Origin: a virus
Direction: 5' to 3' (one strand)
DNA length: 64,000 bases
IMG/VR virus record: IMGVR_UViG_3300024346_000007
Shown here one piece after another: positions 46,109-56,487 of this stretch; the stretch's first letter is position 1; every line of letters starts with the position of its first letter. Both the position numbers and the translations under genes were made by a program. The notes beneath the pieces were generated by a model that was given only the letters and a program-made list of their open reading frames with translations, did not search any database and was not told the DNA's origin.

Positions 46109-47208
46109 TATTCTGTTACTTTAAAAAAGTATTGATCATCAAATATTAAAGTAGATCCACTAATCACTGTCTTTATAAGTATCTTGTAATACCTTTCTGG
46201 TTCAAGCCCATACATATAAACATCAAAATAGTTTCCCTGTAAATCTGCACTAATCTTTGTGTACTTATTATCAAACTCTACTACTGTAATATCTGATTTT
46301 ACATCCTTTATTGAGTAGTAACTGCTAGATGGTAGATACTTTTGGGTTGTGTATATAGAAGAGGTGGCGTATGTTCTAGTAGGTATCAAATCTCTGACGT
46401 TGAGTCTGAATCTATGTATCTCATCTTGGTTGAACTCTCCTTTGTTGTTTGCTAATGCTATCCTTACATCTTGCGATCCTACTCCAGTTACAGAAGATCC
46501 AGATATAGAGTATTTGGAATCATCCCACTTAAACTCTAAAACTGGAGGATACACAGTGTTTGTGTCTCTTCCAAAATAGTTAAGAGTGAAGTTGTAGGCC
46601 TCATTAAATTCTAATGATCCAGATATCTTTACTAAGAATCCTTGATTAGAGATAGAACTAGATACAAAGGCTTTTACAGCAGAAGATACGTCTATATTAA
46701 CATCTTTATTTGTGTATATTCCAAAATCTTGCGTAGACTTATAACCAGTATACCAAGTACCCCCTCCTGAATTTATGCTCGTATATGATGCGGTTACTCC
46801 AGCAGAGAAGTTTGCAAGGGCCCAAGGGACTGTTTTTCCCGATTTCGTATACAACCAAGATGCACCATTGGTAGGTATTGGACTGTCTCCAAATCTGCCA
46901 GTACCCATATCCCAAACACCAGATACAGGGAACACCTCTATTGAGTAATCAGTAGGTAGTCCGGTTGAGTTTGCTAAATATAGTTTTATACTACTGCTAA
47001 AAGATGCCGTACCAATATAATTGCTTACAACTTCCGATATATCATCGTCTGCAAACTTTAATAAGAATCTTGCTGCTGATGACTGCGATGGGTATAGTAG
47101 ACTAGTATTCTTAGTCAGTTCCAAAATAGGATCCATACCAGAGTTTAGTGTACCATAATCCGAGTACAGAGTAGTGTCTTTTTCAGCAAATATTTTATAT
47201 ACAGCCAT
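46108..47208 (-). CDS. Virion structural protein (DNRLRE-like carbohydrate-binding fold)
   Basis: KDTTLYS, RFLLKF, WDMGTG, NQGFLVK, TVYPPVLEFKWDD. Confidence 0.55.
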   Translation of the reverse strand: MAVYKIFAEKDTTLYSDYGTLNSGMDPILELTKNTSLLYPSQSSAARFLLKFADDDISEVVSNYIGTASFSSSIKLYLANSTGLPTDYSIEVFPVSGVWDMGTGRFGDSPIPTNGASWLYTKSGKTVPWALANFSAGVTASYTSINSGGGTWYTGYKSTQDFGIYTNKDVNIDVSSAVKAFVSSSISNQGFLVKISGSLEFNEAYNFTLNYFGRDTNTVYPPVLEFKWDDSKYSISGSSVTGVGSQDVRIALANNKGEFNQDEIHRFRLNVRDLIPTRTYATSSIYTTQKYLPSSSYYSIKDVKSDITVVEFDNKYTKISADLQGNYFDVYMYGLEPERYYKILIKTVISGSTLIFDDQYFFKVTE

Positions 47209-47219
47209 TTTTATTTATA

Positions 47220-47678
47220 TTAATAAGCAGAGTATGCTGCTTTACCGTTTACTTTAGTAGCACGTAGTATTTGTTTTCTTTGCTTTCCTGTTGACTCATA
47301 AGACACATGTACCCAATCTGGGTTGTCCTTAGTTCCAAACTCCCATATAAGTTGATCAAACACAAGATTATCCTTAATATAATCAAATATTTGCTTATTA
47401 GTTACAGAGGTGCCATCCATATCCAGATCAAGGGCTTCTCCCTGGCAATGTTGAGAGGTCAAACTTCCCCCAATAGCAGCATTGAGCTCCTTACTTCTGT
47501 ATCCAGAAGAGATGTGTATAGGCACTTTAAAATGCTCACGGATTGGCTCAAAAACCTTTTCAGCTATCAGTTTAAAATTTTCTATGTGTTGAGGAGTTGG
47601 CATATTGCTTATTCCTTTTCTTTTTGCTGATTCACTCCTGGTTACCTCTGCTAGTACCAAATGTTTAGATAATTGCAT
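47220..47678 (-). CDS. Peptidase M15A, probable endolysin
   Basis: ISSGYRSKELNAAIGGS.TSQHCQGEALD...WVHVS. Confidence 0.9.
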   Translation of the reverse strand: MQLSKHLVLAEVTRSESAKRKGISNMPTPQHIENFKLIAEKVFEPIREHFKVPIHISSGYRSKELNAAIGGSLTSQHCQGEALDLDMDGTSVTNKQIFDYIKDNLVFDQLIWEFGTKDNPDWVHVSYESTGKQRKQILRATKVNGKAAYSAY

Positions 47679-47690
47679 TTTATATTATTT

Positions 47691-49586
47691 TTAGTATGTT
47701 ACAACTCTTCCGTAGATGTCAGTATTAGGATACCTAACTTCAAAAATAGATGGATCCAAGCTAGGGTATATTATATTATTTTTGGTTGCGCCTTTAATAT
47801 CATACCCATATTTTGAATATCCATTTACTTCTCCGTATTTATTTACTATCTCAACTTTTATTACACTCTGAACTCCTTTTATGTTTCCACAACTTATTAT
47901 GTTGGTCAGTTCTGATAAAAGTATCGGTTGGTTTATCTGCCACTTATCTATGTTGAAATAGTCTCTTACTGCATTTAAACATTGGTTTAGCACTTCCCTG
48001 CTATTGTATGAAGGCAGTACTACTACATCGAAATTTATTCCTATGTTTATATAGTATGCATTTTTTATAGCTATAGCATCTGTCATTATCTTATACTGAG
48101 ATATATAGTTTTTTAAATTCTCCTTTACTGCTAAAGAAGCCTCAGTTAGTCTCTTGTTTGCATCATAAGATAATACATAAAGACTCAAAGCCAAAGGATT
48201 ATTGTCTATATAATCCGGCATGGTATCTGTTTGACCTAGCGCAAGATCTTGTGTAATATAAGCCTTAGCTACTGTACCAAACTTAGGCGGCATACTCAAT
48301 GCCCTTATAATATGATCTTCTTTGGTTACATTTCTAAGTTGTGTAGGAAAGCTTGCCATTGTCTTAAGACGAATATCTTCAACAGTGTCTCCGTCACCTC
48401 CACCAGAGGAAGGGGCGTCATTGTTAAAAGATACCGATCTTTGTATATATCCCAACAGTCCTTGATTTAAAGTAGTTGGGTTTAGGGATACTGTTGTTGT
48501 GTTTACCTCATACACCTGCGATATATCATTGGATGGTACGTTTGTTTGTGCGCCACCTCCCACTATATACCTTACAGTCAGGGTAGTGTTGTTTGGGGCA
48601 AGACCATAATCCTTTGTGTATATAAAGTTAGAAGGATCATATGCGGCATATACTTTAGATATGGAGTCTATGAGGCCCATACCTACATTATCTGGATTTG
48701 GTAATATCTCTTCGTCAGGGTTTCCAGATATACCGGATCCAAACTCTATTGATAATTGACTTGATTCATTGTATCTGCTTACAAATCTCCTGCTAACTTT
48801 TTTTAATCTTAGCAGGTACGGGGTAGTATTGTTATATTGAGATAAGAATGGATCATTAAGCTCATTGTTCTTTACTTCTTGGAATACAGTATTCTGAGCT
48901 AAGTATGGTACCTCATACCACTTGTTACCATCGCTATCTATGATATCCAATATTTGTATTACATTGGTATCTTGTAGAGTAACGCTGTCAAACTTAATAG
49001 CTGTTCCAAAAGTGAAGTCTTGAGATTTTATAGTTCCAGCTATTGCTTTTACTTTTTTCTTTAGTAAGTAATACTCCGGTTGGTTTGTGCTATTGTTTAT
49101 TTGAAATACACTGACATCTGTTGTATCGAAAGAAGAAGAAAAACTAAAGTCTACTGAGTCTTGAGTTACAAACACTACATCACTGTTGGTAAATGATTTT
49201 ACCTTTGCTTCTTTATCAATTATTAAAGAATATGAATAATCAGGAGAAGCAACACTTGAGTTTATTATTGCAGGTATTTGTTGGTATACATTTAGGTCTA
49301 CAGTAGCTGTGCTAACTACTTTTGGTTTGTAGCCTAAGGCGTATGCCATGGACATAAGATTTTGCTTATCTTGTGCAAATAGAAGAAAGTTTTCTTGAGT
49401 TTGCTTATCTACGTAAAAAGATAGAACATCCCCTACATACGAAGCCATCTCAATAAACATGTTCCCAGGAGTTGCCTCAGTGAAGTCATTGTATACCGTT
49501 GGGAAATAGCTTTTGGCATATTCTACTAGCGCCTCTTTGAAGCTGGTAAAATCTTTGTTTATATACTTTATGTCCTTTTGTGTCAT
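47691..49586 (-). CDS. Baseplate wedge protein (gp6/BaseplateJ-like)
   Basis: YINKDF, ASYVGDVLSFY, LGYKP, IEFGSG, VRYIVGGG, RNVTKED motifs. Confidence 0.85.
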   Translation of the reverse strand: MTQKDIKYINKDFTSFKEALVEYAKSYFPTVYNDFTEATPGNMFIEMASYVGDVLSFYVDKQTQENFLLFAQDKQNLMSMAYALGYKPKVVSTATVDLNVYQQIPAIINSSVASPDYSYSLIIDKEAKVKSFTNSDVVFVTQDSVDFSFSSSFDTTDVSVFQINNSTNQPEYYLLKKKVKAIAGTIKSQDFTFGTAIKFDSVTLQDTNVIQILDIIDSDGNKWYEVPYLAQNTVFQEVKNNELNDPFLSQYNNTTPYLLRLKKVSRRFVSRYNESSQLSIEFGSGISGNPDEEILPNPDNVGMGLIDSISKVYAAYDPSNFIYTKDYGLAPNNTTLTVRYIVGGGAQTNVPSNDISQVYEVNTTTVSLNPTTLNQGLLGYIQRSVSFNNDAPSSGGGDGDTVEDIRLKTMASFPTQLRNVTKEDHIIRALSMPPKFGTVAKAYITQDLALGQTDTMPDYIDNNPLALSLYVLSYDANKRLTEASLAVKENLKNYISQYKIMTDAIAIKNAYYINIGINFDVVVLPSYNSREVLNQCLNAVRDYFNIDKWQINQPILLSELTNIISCGNIKGVQSVIKVEIVNKYGEVNGYSKYGYDIKGATKNNIIYPSLDPSIFEVRYPNTDIYGRVVTY

Positions 49587-49984
49587 TAGGTTATTTGTAT
49601 TAGTATTGTATCAGCATCTTTTTTTATAGAGTAGTCTAACTTTATATTAAGCAGATTTCTCTGTAGATCAGCTGTGAAATCTAAATTATTAACAGTTATC
49701 ATTGGAAAATATAAACCTAAGTCATCTAAAAGAACTTCTTTTGCATTTGTAAAATCATAAGTCTGATCAAATAATAGTTTCCTTAAATCAGCTCCGAACT
49801 CAGGATTAAACGGCCTCTCTCCTTTGTTTGTTAGCATGTAGTTAGTTAGGTTACTTTTTACTTGATCTTTAGTATTATAGTTTATAGTGAATACATTATG
49901 AGTATTAAATGGCAGTTTTATGCCAAGACCCCTATTTGGATTCCTAGCACTGCTATCTACCGTATACTCTATGCGTCTTCTCAT
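49586..49984 (-). CDS. Baseplate wedge subunit (gp25/GPW-like)
   Basis: LTNKGERPFNPEFGADLRKLLFD. Confidence 0.9.
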   Translation of the reverse strand: MRRRIEYTVDSSARNPNRGLGIKLPFNTHNVFTINYNTKDQVKSNLTNYMLTNKGERPFNPEFGADLRKLLFDQTYDFTNAKEVLLDDLGLYFPMITVNNLDFTADLQRNLLNIKLDYSIKKDADTILIQIT

Positions 49985-49985
49985 A

Positions 49986-50411
49986 CTATCCTATTTTTTC
50001 TTTCATGTCTTTCCACATAATAGATGATTTATTTATAAAAGGAATAGGCGCATCCACATTTGGAAGAGACCCATTCATAGACATTGCCATTCCTGCCTCT
50101 TCACTTATCTGAGGCATTGCTGGTTGTTGTGGCGTACTTGTGTACGAAGTTGCCGGTCTCCTACTAAAATCAGATCCAACAGCTTCTCTAAGCTTGGTTT
50201 TAAAATCTTCAGGGTTTTGATAAGACTGTTGAGATGTCGGTTGTGCAGCCATCTCTCTGGACTCTTTAATGGATTTTGCCAAAAGTTGTTTTACCTCTTT
50301 TAGGTCTTTTTTAAAACTAGATTCTAGTTCTTCTCTAACTGCATCCTTAACAGCTGATTTAACTGCTTCTTTAACCAGCTCTTTAAACAGCATTAATTCA
50401 TCTTGTGTCAT
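49986..50411 (-). CDS. Hypothetical protein
   Basis: 141 aa; FKELVKEAVKSAVKDAVREEL helix; late motif at 50416-50423. Confidence 0.65.
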   Translation of the reverse strand: MTQDELMLFKELVKEAVKSAVKDAVREELESSFKKDLKEVKQLLAKSIKESREMAAQPTSQQSYQNPEDFKTKLREAVGSDFSRRPATSYTSTPQQPAMPQISEEAGMAMSMNGSLPNVDAPIPFINKSSIMWKDMKEKIG

Positions 50412-50436
50412 ATTAATAAATATTTAGTTACACGAT

Positions 50437-51309
50437 TTATGATCCTATATTTAAAATTGTCTTTAATTCTTCCATTAATTCTTCTGGGGTTGAGAAATAA
50501 CTTGGAGCTGTTTGGGCTTTTATCATACCAGAAACCTTCTCATAAGCCCTAGCTATCAGCTGCTTATTATCATATTTCTCTGTCTTTAATATATATTGAT
50601 TGAAGTTATTATCTGTAAAGTCTTGATAATCAGAAGTTATGCCGTCTCCTAACATGTCATCGGCTAATAGCTCTTCAGCTATGTCTGTGCTTACATAATT
50701 ACCTTTATCAGCTTCGTCCTGTATTTTTATAGATACTTGAATAGACCTAAACTTTTTAATTAGCCTATCTAGTATCTGTCTGTTTTGCAATAATTGCCTA
50801 CCTAATATCTTTACGTACTGGTTTATTATCTCTTTTAGGAAGATTACCTTTATTCCTTGCTTAACTACTTGGAATATTGGACCTGTTGCTGGGTTAGCAG
50901 TCAATGTTATCTCCTGTGCGTCTAATAAGGCTTTATACACAGTTATAGCTGTTTGTATAGCTATTAGAGTATTAACAACAGTATTCAGTATAGTTATAGT
51001 CTTATTTATTGACTTTATCTTATCCTGTACCCTCTTTTGCAACTCCTGGGCTTGTGCTAGGTCTTCTCTCCTTATAGTTATTACTAAAGTACTACCTTGT
51101 AGTGATATCCTGCCTTTGCTATCAGTCTTCTCTACAACCTCTTTTACTAGCTGGTCTATCTTCTTTTCAATGTTTACAGTAAGGGAGTTTACCTTATTCA
51201 AGGTTAATTGAATAGCGGATCCGAATGGATCACTTACAGCACCTGATATGGCGTTTATAGTACCGTTGACACTATCTGGTGATGTTACTTTATTTAAGTC
51301 TAGTGCCAT
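50437..51309 (-). CDS. Hypothetical helical baseplate-region protein
   Basis: 290 aa between spike-like and gp25-like genes. Confidence 0.6.
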   Translation of the reverse strand: MALDLNKVTSPDSVNGTINAISGAVSDPFGSAIQLTLNKVNSLTVNIEKKIDQLVKEVVEKTDSKGRISLQGSTLVITIRREDLAQAQELQKRVQDKIKSINKTITILNTVVNTLIAIQTAITVYKALLDAQEITLTANPATGPIFQVVKQGIKVIFLKEIINQYVKILGRQLLQNRQILDRLIKKFRSIQVSIKIQDEADKGNYVSTDIAEELLADDMLGDGITSDYQDFTDNNFNQYILKTEKYDNKQLIARAYEKVSGMIKAQTAPSYFSTPEELMEELKTILNIGS

Positions 51310-51776
51310 TATATAGTTTTAGATACTTTTGATTTGATAGGAGAGTTATCTTTAGTATACTTTTCTTTAAATCCATTTAATCTCATTTTTAATAGATTTG
51401 CAGCTATAGAGATCTCAGGAAGCTTTGACACTCCCACACCTAATCCTGTTGCCGCAGCCAAGCTAGTAGAGAATTGATTTAATGCATTTATTATATCATC
51501 AATGAAAGATATCACTGAGTCTGCTTTTGCTATTGGTTCGTTTATGCCGTTAGCCGGCAACCCAAGTTGTATTGAGGGTGAATTAACAATGAACATATAC
51601 TTTCCATCCTTAGATCCTCTGGGGCCTATATCGAAGTGTACAGAGTCTGCAGCTGACATACCTACTGTCTTTTTGGACAGTATGAACACAGAATCGTCCT
51701 TGCTGTTCAGGATTACCCTGTCAGAATTAAGGATTACTGTATCCTTCTCATAGCTATTGAAATCTGTGAACCCCAT
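51309..51776 (-). CDS. Baseplate spike-like protein (gp5 C-terminal-like)
   Basis: VILNSDRVILNSK beta-repeat, IQLG...EPIAKAD, SKVSKT ending. Confidence 0.55.
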   Translation of the reverse strand: MGFTDFNSYEKDTVILNSDRVILNSKDDSVFILSKKTVGMSAADSVHFDIGPRGSKDGKYMFIVNSPSIQLGLPANGINEPIAKADSVISFIDDIINALNQFSTSLAAATGLGVGVSKLPEISIAANLLKMRLNGFKEKYTKDNSPIKSKVSKTI

Positions 51777-51777
51777 T

Positions 51778-53403
51778 TTATTTGAATAATGAATCTACAT
51801 ACTTTTTAAACACTCTTACAGTTATTGGATTTCCTCCATTTATGCCTGGATTTTGCGCTCCTACTTTTCTAGCCCATGAATTACTCCTTTCTGATCCTAA
51901 TATAAAATCATCACTTTTTGATATTTTTCCACCGCCAACTATATATGGGTAAAAAACAGTTCCATAAATAGCATATATATCAGCCCCAGTAAGTCTATAC
52001 TTGTTAGCTTCAAAATAAGCATCTACATACTTTAATTGTTCTACAGCTGATTTTGTTATTATTTGATCGAGAGATGTTATTCCGAATTTTTTTAATATAG
52101 GTAAGGTTACTCTTGTAAACTGTATAAGACCTGCCGCAGCTATAGATCCGTTTACTCTTAAAGCAGCTTTTTCAAAATTTCCTATAGTTTCTTTTTCCAT
52201 AACCCTCAAAATATCATAGTAGTTAGGAATAGAATATTTAATCGATAATGCAACAACTCCTTTTAAGAATTCATTATTCTTAGATATATACCCATCAATT
52301 ATTTGTTTAACAGTTTTACCTTGAGACTTAAAACTTTTTTCTGAGTATGTACCTAACGGTGTATTATCTGTTTTAAATTTATAAACTACACTAAAGGACT
52401 CAGCTGTTCCTAGAGAATATACAGGAACATCTTCTACTAATACATTAATTTCTTCTAAATCTTCTCTTTCTGGCATATCTTCTTCATCTACTTCCACATC
52501 CCCCTTTACGGTTGGCGGAGTTGGATTACTTACAGGTAAAGAACCTGTAACAGGGACTTCAGGAGGGATAGGTTTTGCATCTTGCTGTACTAGCGATGCC
52601 GTAGATTCTGCTTGTGGCTTTTGGTCTACTACTACCACGTTCTGCTTTTCGCTTATAGTAACTATCGTATCATACGAATCAAAGTTTGCTGATGATGGTT
52701 TGAATCCTGGATTGTGTCCAGACATCATAAATAATATTGATCCATCATTATTAATATCTTCAAACCTAGCAGGTCCTGATACTGACGCTGGGTTATTTGA
52801 TATAACCATTACAGGCTTTGATTTAGCAGCTGTCCAAGGTGTTTTAAACCCAGGTGTATTAGACCCGACTCTAATACTGCCGCCTCTTCTGCCTTCAATC
52901 GTTATATCACCAGGAGCTTTTATAAGCCTCTTTGTCTCACCGCTTGATGTAAATTTGCCGGTTACAGATGTGGAGTTTGGATTATTTTTAAAAAAAGAAG
53001 CGTCTGGTACTGCATTATGTTCAGGAGCATTCCATACCGATATGATATCTGTATAGTAATATTCCGGCTTGTAGTTATCTAAGCTATTCTGTGCTTGCTT
53101 ACTAATTAATACTTTAACTAAGACAGTCTCGTTAACCAATGGGTATTGCGTAACATTACTGTTTAAGGGCCTTGCTATAATAGGATCTGTCTTTGAATCA
53201 TTAAAATTTATAAAGGGAATACACTCTATAGTGCCTATAGCTCTCCAACCGCCTAGCTTATTAAATTTATCGATATTACTATCATCTAATAAAATATCTT
53301 TGACACGAGCTATAAAAAAGCTTGTAGCTCCCGGAAGGCCTCCCATGGTAGCTTGTCCCAGCATTTGGGAGAACCCATACGATATAGTATTTGGTGTAGA
53401 CAC
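51778..53403 (-). CDS. Baseplate hub/puncturing protein (gp5-like) with C-terminal lysozyme-fold domain
   Basis: YPLVNETV and GDITIEGRRGGSIRVG hub motifs; C-terminal MEKET...AAGLIQF...EQLKYVDAYF. Confidence 0.7.
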   Translation of the reverse strand: MSTPNTISYGFSQMLGQATMGGLPGATSFFIARVKDILLDDSNIDKFNKLGGWRAIGTIECIPFINFNDSKTDPIIARPLNSNVTQYPLVNETVLVKVLISKQAQNSLDNYKPEYYYTDIISVWNAPEHNAVPDASFFKNNPNSTSVTGKFTSSGETKRLIKAPGDITIEGRRGGSIRVGSNTPGFKTPWTAAKSKPVMVISNNPASVSGPARFEDINNDGSILFMMSGHNPGFKPSSANFDSYDTIVTISEKQNVVVVDQKPQAESTASLVQQDAKPIPPEVPVTGSLPVSNPTPPTVKGDVEVDEEDMPEREDLEEINVLVEDVPVYSLGTAESFSVVYKFKTDNTPLGTYSEKSFKSQGKTVKQIIDGYISKNNEFLKGVVALSIKYSIPNYYDILRVMEKETIGNFEKAALRVNGSIAAAGLIQFTRVTLPILKKFGITSLDQIITKSAVEQLKYVDAYFEANKYRLTGADIYAIYGTVFYPYIVGGGKISKSDDFILGSERSNSWARKVGAQNPGINGGNPITVRVFKKYVDSLFK

Positions 53404-53771
53404 TATGCTGTTGGCATATTTTGATTTGTCAATGCTTTTTTCTCAGCAACACCCTCTTGTGCAAGTCTGAGAAGCTCTTCCTTCTCACTGTCTGGTAACA
53501 TGTAATCACCAGTTTCTTTACCTCTAACCATGGCTTTTTGTACGATAGCTACCATTTTTATTAGTACATCATCGTTTTTTAGGTTTAAATCCATGTAGGA
53601 GGCTATTAGAGGCACCATCATGACTGCATCTCCGGTATTCTGTATAAGATCCCTGAGTTGTTCAATCATGTCTGTAATCTGCTTCTCTTTGCTTATAGAA
53701 CGGTCGTATACTTCTTTGAGTAGATCGGAGAATTTTTTCTTGCCGAACACAACTTGATCAAAATCTGACAT
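53403..53771 (-). CDS. Conserved helical hypothetical protein
   Basis: 122 aa; VPLIASYMDLNLKNDDVLIK; late motif at 53786-53793. Confidence 0.65.
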   Translation of the reverse strand: MSDFDQVVFGKKKFSDLLKEVYDRSISKEKQITDMIEQLRDLIQNTGDAVMMVPLIASYMDLNLKNDDVLIKMVAIVQKAMVRGKETGDYMLPDSEKEELLRLAQEGVAEKKALTNQNMPTA

Positions 53772-53782
53772 ATTTATCCTTT

Positions 53783-54568
53783 TTAATAAATATGATTTTC
53801 ATCGGTTTCTAGTTCACCTTCTAGGTATAATACATTTAATTGAGTCTTATATACAGATTTCATCACTTTTATTACCCTAGTTACGTTGGCTGTGTTTTGT
53901 CCGGTGATCTCCCGTACATACAAATAAAAGTGCTGTTTATTGAAAACTTCTAGGTTTTCCCTTCTTCTGAAGATCTGTAATATGGCGTGGGCTATGGATT
54001 TATCTATGTCCAAAGTAAATAGATTGTCCATGTTTTCATCCATGTATTTAACATACGAGTCTATGAAATGAGATAGTTCTATGTTGTCTCCTTGTCTTAC
54101 TATCTCAGTAAACACTCTTTTATCGTCATCCACTTCCTCCATACCTCCACGAACTTTCATTTGCTTATAGTTATTCTCATTGTAAACTATGAGATATCTT
54201 TTTGCAATAGTTCCAAAATAGGAGAAGGCTTTGCCTTTTTCTGGATTATAGTGGTGCAGTTTGTCTAAAAGAAAAGTAACGACTTCATGTTTAAGATCTT
54301 CTACGTTAGTCATTTCTGTGTAGTAGAACTTAAAAGTATGGATTATAAACTCAGCTAGTTTATGAAAGCTATAGTCTATCTTCTCATTAAATAGTCTATT
54401 TCTTTCTACAGTGTCGTCTGATTTTAGATATGCTACAATAGCATCTTCTGTATCTTTTGTAAAATACTCTCTTGACTTTTTAGGTTTTCTTTTCCTTGGT
54501 CTACCAGATTTAGTAAATAATTCTGGGTCAAACTCTACAGGCTCCTGCTCTTTCTTTTTCCTCGGCAT
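53783..54568 (-). CDS. Phage sigma factor, probable late-transcription factor (gp55-like)
   Basis: EDLKHEVVTFLLDKLHHYNPEKGKAFSYFGTIAKRYLI is a sigma70 region-2-like segment. Confidence 0.75.
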   Translation of the reverse strand: MPRKKKEQEPVEFDPELFTKSGRPRKRKPKKSREYFTKDTEDAIVAYLKSDDTVERNRLFNEKIDYSFHKLAEFIIHTFKFYYTEMTNVEDLKHEVVTFLLDKLHHYNPEKGKAFSYFGTIAKRYLIVYNENNYKQMKVRGGMEEVDDDKRVFTEIVRQGDNIELSHFIDSYVKYMDENMDNLFTLDIDKSIAHAILQIFRRRENLEVFNKQHFYLYVREITGQNTANVTRVIKVMKSVYKTQLNVLYLEGELETDENHIY

Positions 54569-54612
54569 TAAAATAATTTGTGAACTAGTTATTTAATGTC
54601 GTAACCTTTATT

Positions 54613-54894
54613 TTATTTTTTTACATAGTTTTGCATGTATGTATTCAAAGTAACAATTATGTTTTTCAAATTCAAAAAGAAATGACCAACCTCATCATCA
54701 GATTCAAAAGCCTGAAGGGTGTCCAGGTCCTTTATCTTCTGATATGACTCATCAACCATTACTTTCAATTTATCTAAGTATTCGTCTTTAAGTACTATAT
54801 CTTCTTCGTATTTTTCAACTTTTGAAAGAAGATTTTTAATTACTAGACCACTAGATACTACTAGTAAAGATAGTATAACTATTATTATAATCAT
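54613..54894 (-). CDS. Small membrane-anchored coiled-coil protein
   Basis: N-terminal hydrophobic helix; FESDDEVGHFF motif. Confidence 0.65.
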   Translation of the reverse strand: MIIIIVILSLLVVSSGLVIKNLLSKVEKYEEDIVLKDEYLDKLKVMVDESYQKIKDLDTLQAFESDDEVGHFFLNLKNIIVTLNTYMQNYVKK

Positions 54895-54897
54895 TAT

Positions 54898-55524
54898 TTA
54901 TTTTTTTTCTTCTGATTTAGCTGCCATCATATCTGCTTGGTGTAGTACATGTGGAAGGTACGTTTTAAGAGCGTAGTCTTCACTATAGGATATTAAATAC
55001 GCCTTATTTGAATCCTCATAAAGACCATCATGCAGCTTTATAGACAGGTATTCTTTTTCACTAATTAATATACCTCTTCTCTGTAAATTCATCAATGACC
55101 GTTCAGCAACTTTCATATACTGAAGTCTTGGGTTCATTACATACATCTGCCCTTTCTTTAACATCCACTGCTCTTCACATGGTAAATAATACTCTTCTTC
55201 CTCAGTACCCAACTTCCCCAAATCATGACATATAGCAGAGAAGTACATTTCTTCCTGTGTGTAATCTAAAGCAGTGCCCATCTTCTTCCATGAGTCTGAT
55301 ACTAACCCAACTGCTTTTACAACATTTAAAACATGTAAAACATAACCCCCTGCAAAAGCATTATGGTAGTTAGTTTTCATAGAAGCAGGAGCGACTGCTA
55401 TTCTATCCCCCCAATCATCATGCAGCTGCAATAATTTATCTTTTCTATCTCCTGTGATTTTAGTGTCTATAACTTTTAGAAGGACACTAAGATTTTCGTT
55501 TAGATCTTGCGCATTTAAATTCAT
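54898..55524 (-). CDS. HD-domain phosphohydrolase
   Basis: HNAFAGGYVLHV, CHDLGK, LHDG, HQAD. Confidence 0.85.
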   Translation of the reverse strand: MNLNAQDLNENLSVLLKVIDTKITGDRKDKLLQLHDDWGDRIAVAPASMKTNYHNAFAGGYVLHVLNVVKAVGLVSDSWKKMGTALDYTQEEMYFSAICHDLGKLGTEEEEYYLPCEEQWMLKKGQMYVMNPRLQYMKVAERSLMNLQRRGILISEKEYLSIKLHDGLYEDSNKAYLISYSEDYALKTYLPHVLHQADMMAAKSEEKK

Positions 55525-55538
55525 AACCTTTTTTTGTT

Positions 55539-55739
55539 TTATAATGTTCCGTAAGGACGAGTAAGATATTCCTCACTCTCACTGCTAATAGTACCCTCAA
55601 GATCTTCTATCATCTCATCCAGTGTTTCAAACTTTTCAGTTAAAGAATTAAGGTCCCCTCTGTAAGCAGATGACTGAACATTTTTTAGATAGTTTTTTAT
55701 TTGTTCAATTTTATTTAAAGCGTTAGTTTTGTTAACCAT
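55539..55739 (-). CDS. Hypothetical protein
   Basis: 66 aa helical ORF at the head of the leftward operon. Confidence 0.6.
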   Translation of the reverse strand: MVNKTNALNKIEQIKNYLKNVQSSAYRGDLNSLTEKFETLDEMIEDLEGTISSESEEYLTRPYGTL

Positions 55740-55929
55740 GTTAAAATTATTAAATATTAGTAAGTATATTATATATAAGTATATACTATTAGTATATTAT
55801 ATATTTATTAGTAGCGCGGGCACCGCGACTGAGTTAGCCCCGTCAACGGGGATACTATATACAAAAACCCTATACAAATGTATAGCTCTTTAAAATACAA
55901 ACCTAATTTTTTATAATAAATTTATACAC
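55740..55929. promoter_or_regulatory. Divergent control region with AT-rich repeats, GC hairpins and promoter elements
   Basis: AGTATATTATATAT x2; hairpins at 55815-55827 and 55838-55851; minus-strand TAnnTTTG at 55875-55882 and 55898-55905. Confidence 0.6.
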
Positions 55930-56487
55930 ATGTTAATAGATTTTTCCAAATTAGAAAAAGGAGACATAAAAAAACCTACTTATAAAAAGAAGAAATCAGC
56001 TAAAAATGTAGGTGGATTAAATACTAATAGTATAACTTCTAAAGACATAGTTAAAGCATTGAGACTCAGGTTTATAAATCATAAATATCTGATAAATAAT
56101 GCTTATATTTTTGAGTGGGAAAGTGATTTTTTCTCAGTATCAGAGAGTGGTTATGTATACGAAGTCGAAATAAAAGTCACCAGAGGTGACTATAAAGACG
56201 ACTTCAATAAAACTTCTAAGCATTTACTACTTTCAGAAGGTAAGGAATCTATTCAGAATATAAAAAGACCAAATAAATTCTTTTATGCTTGTCCAAAAGG
56301 ATTACTCAACACAGTTGAAATTCCAGAATATGCCGGGCTAATAGAGATTACATCTCCTGATGAGATGGCAACAGTGATTAAGGAGGCCCCTTTTTTACAC
56401 CGTGAGAACTCATTAGAAGGACTTAGGGATGTTTTACTAGATAAGTTCTATTACAGGTATAGGGAGCTGATTTTAGACGCAGAATAG
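55930..56487 (+). CDS. PD-(D/E)XK nuclease-fold protein (MmcB-like)
   Basis: ESDF...EVEIKVTRGDYKDD...FFYACP...IPEYAGLI. Confidence 0.75.
   Translation: MLIDFSKLEKGDIKKPTYKKKKSAKNVGGLNTNSITSKDIVKALRLRFINHKYLINNAYIFEWESDFFSVSESGYVYEVEIKVTRGDYKDDFNKTSKHLLLSEGKESIQNIKRPNKFFYACPKGLLNTVEIPEYAGLIEITSPDEMATVIKEAPFLHRENSLEGLRDVLLDKFYYRYRELILDAE

Noticed and set aside
53403-53771. Terminase small subunit assignment
   Set aside because: Size and helicity fit, but there is no diagnostic motif and it is far from terL; left as hypothetical.
5479-54596. Numerous short plus-strand ORFs overlapping structural genes
   Set aside because: Antisense to well-supported minus-strand genes, with no motifs or promoters of their own.
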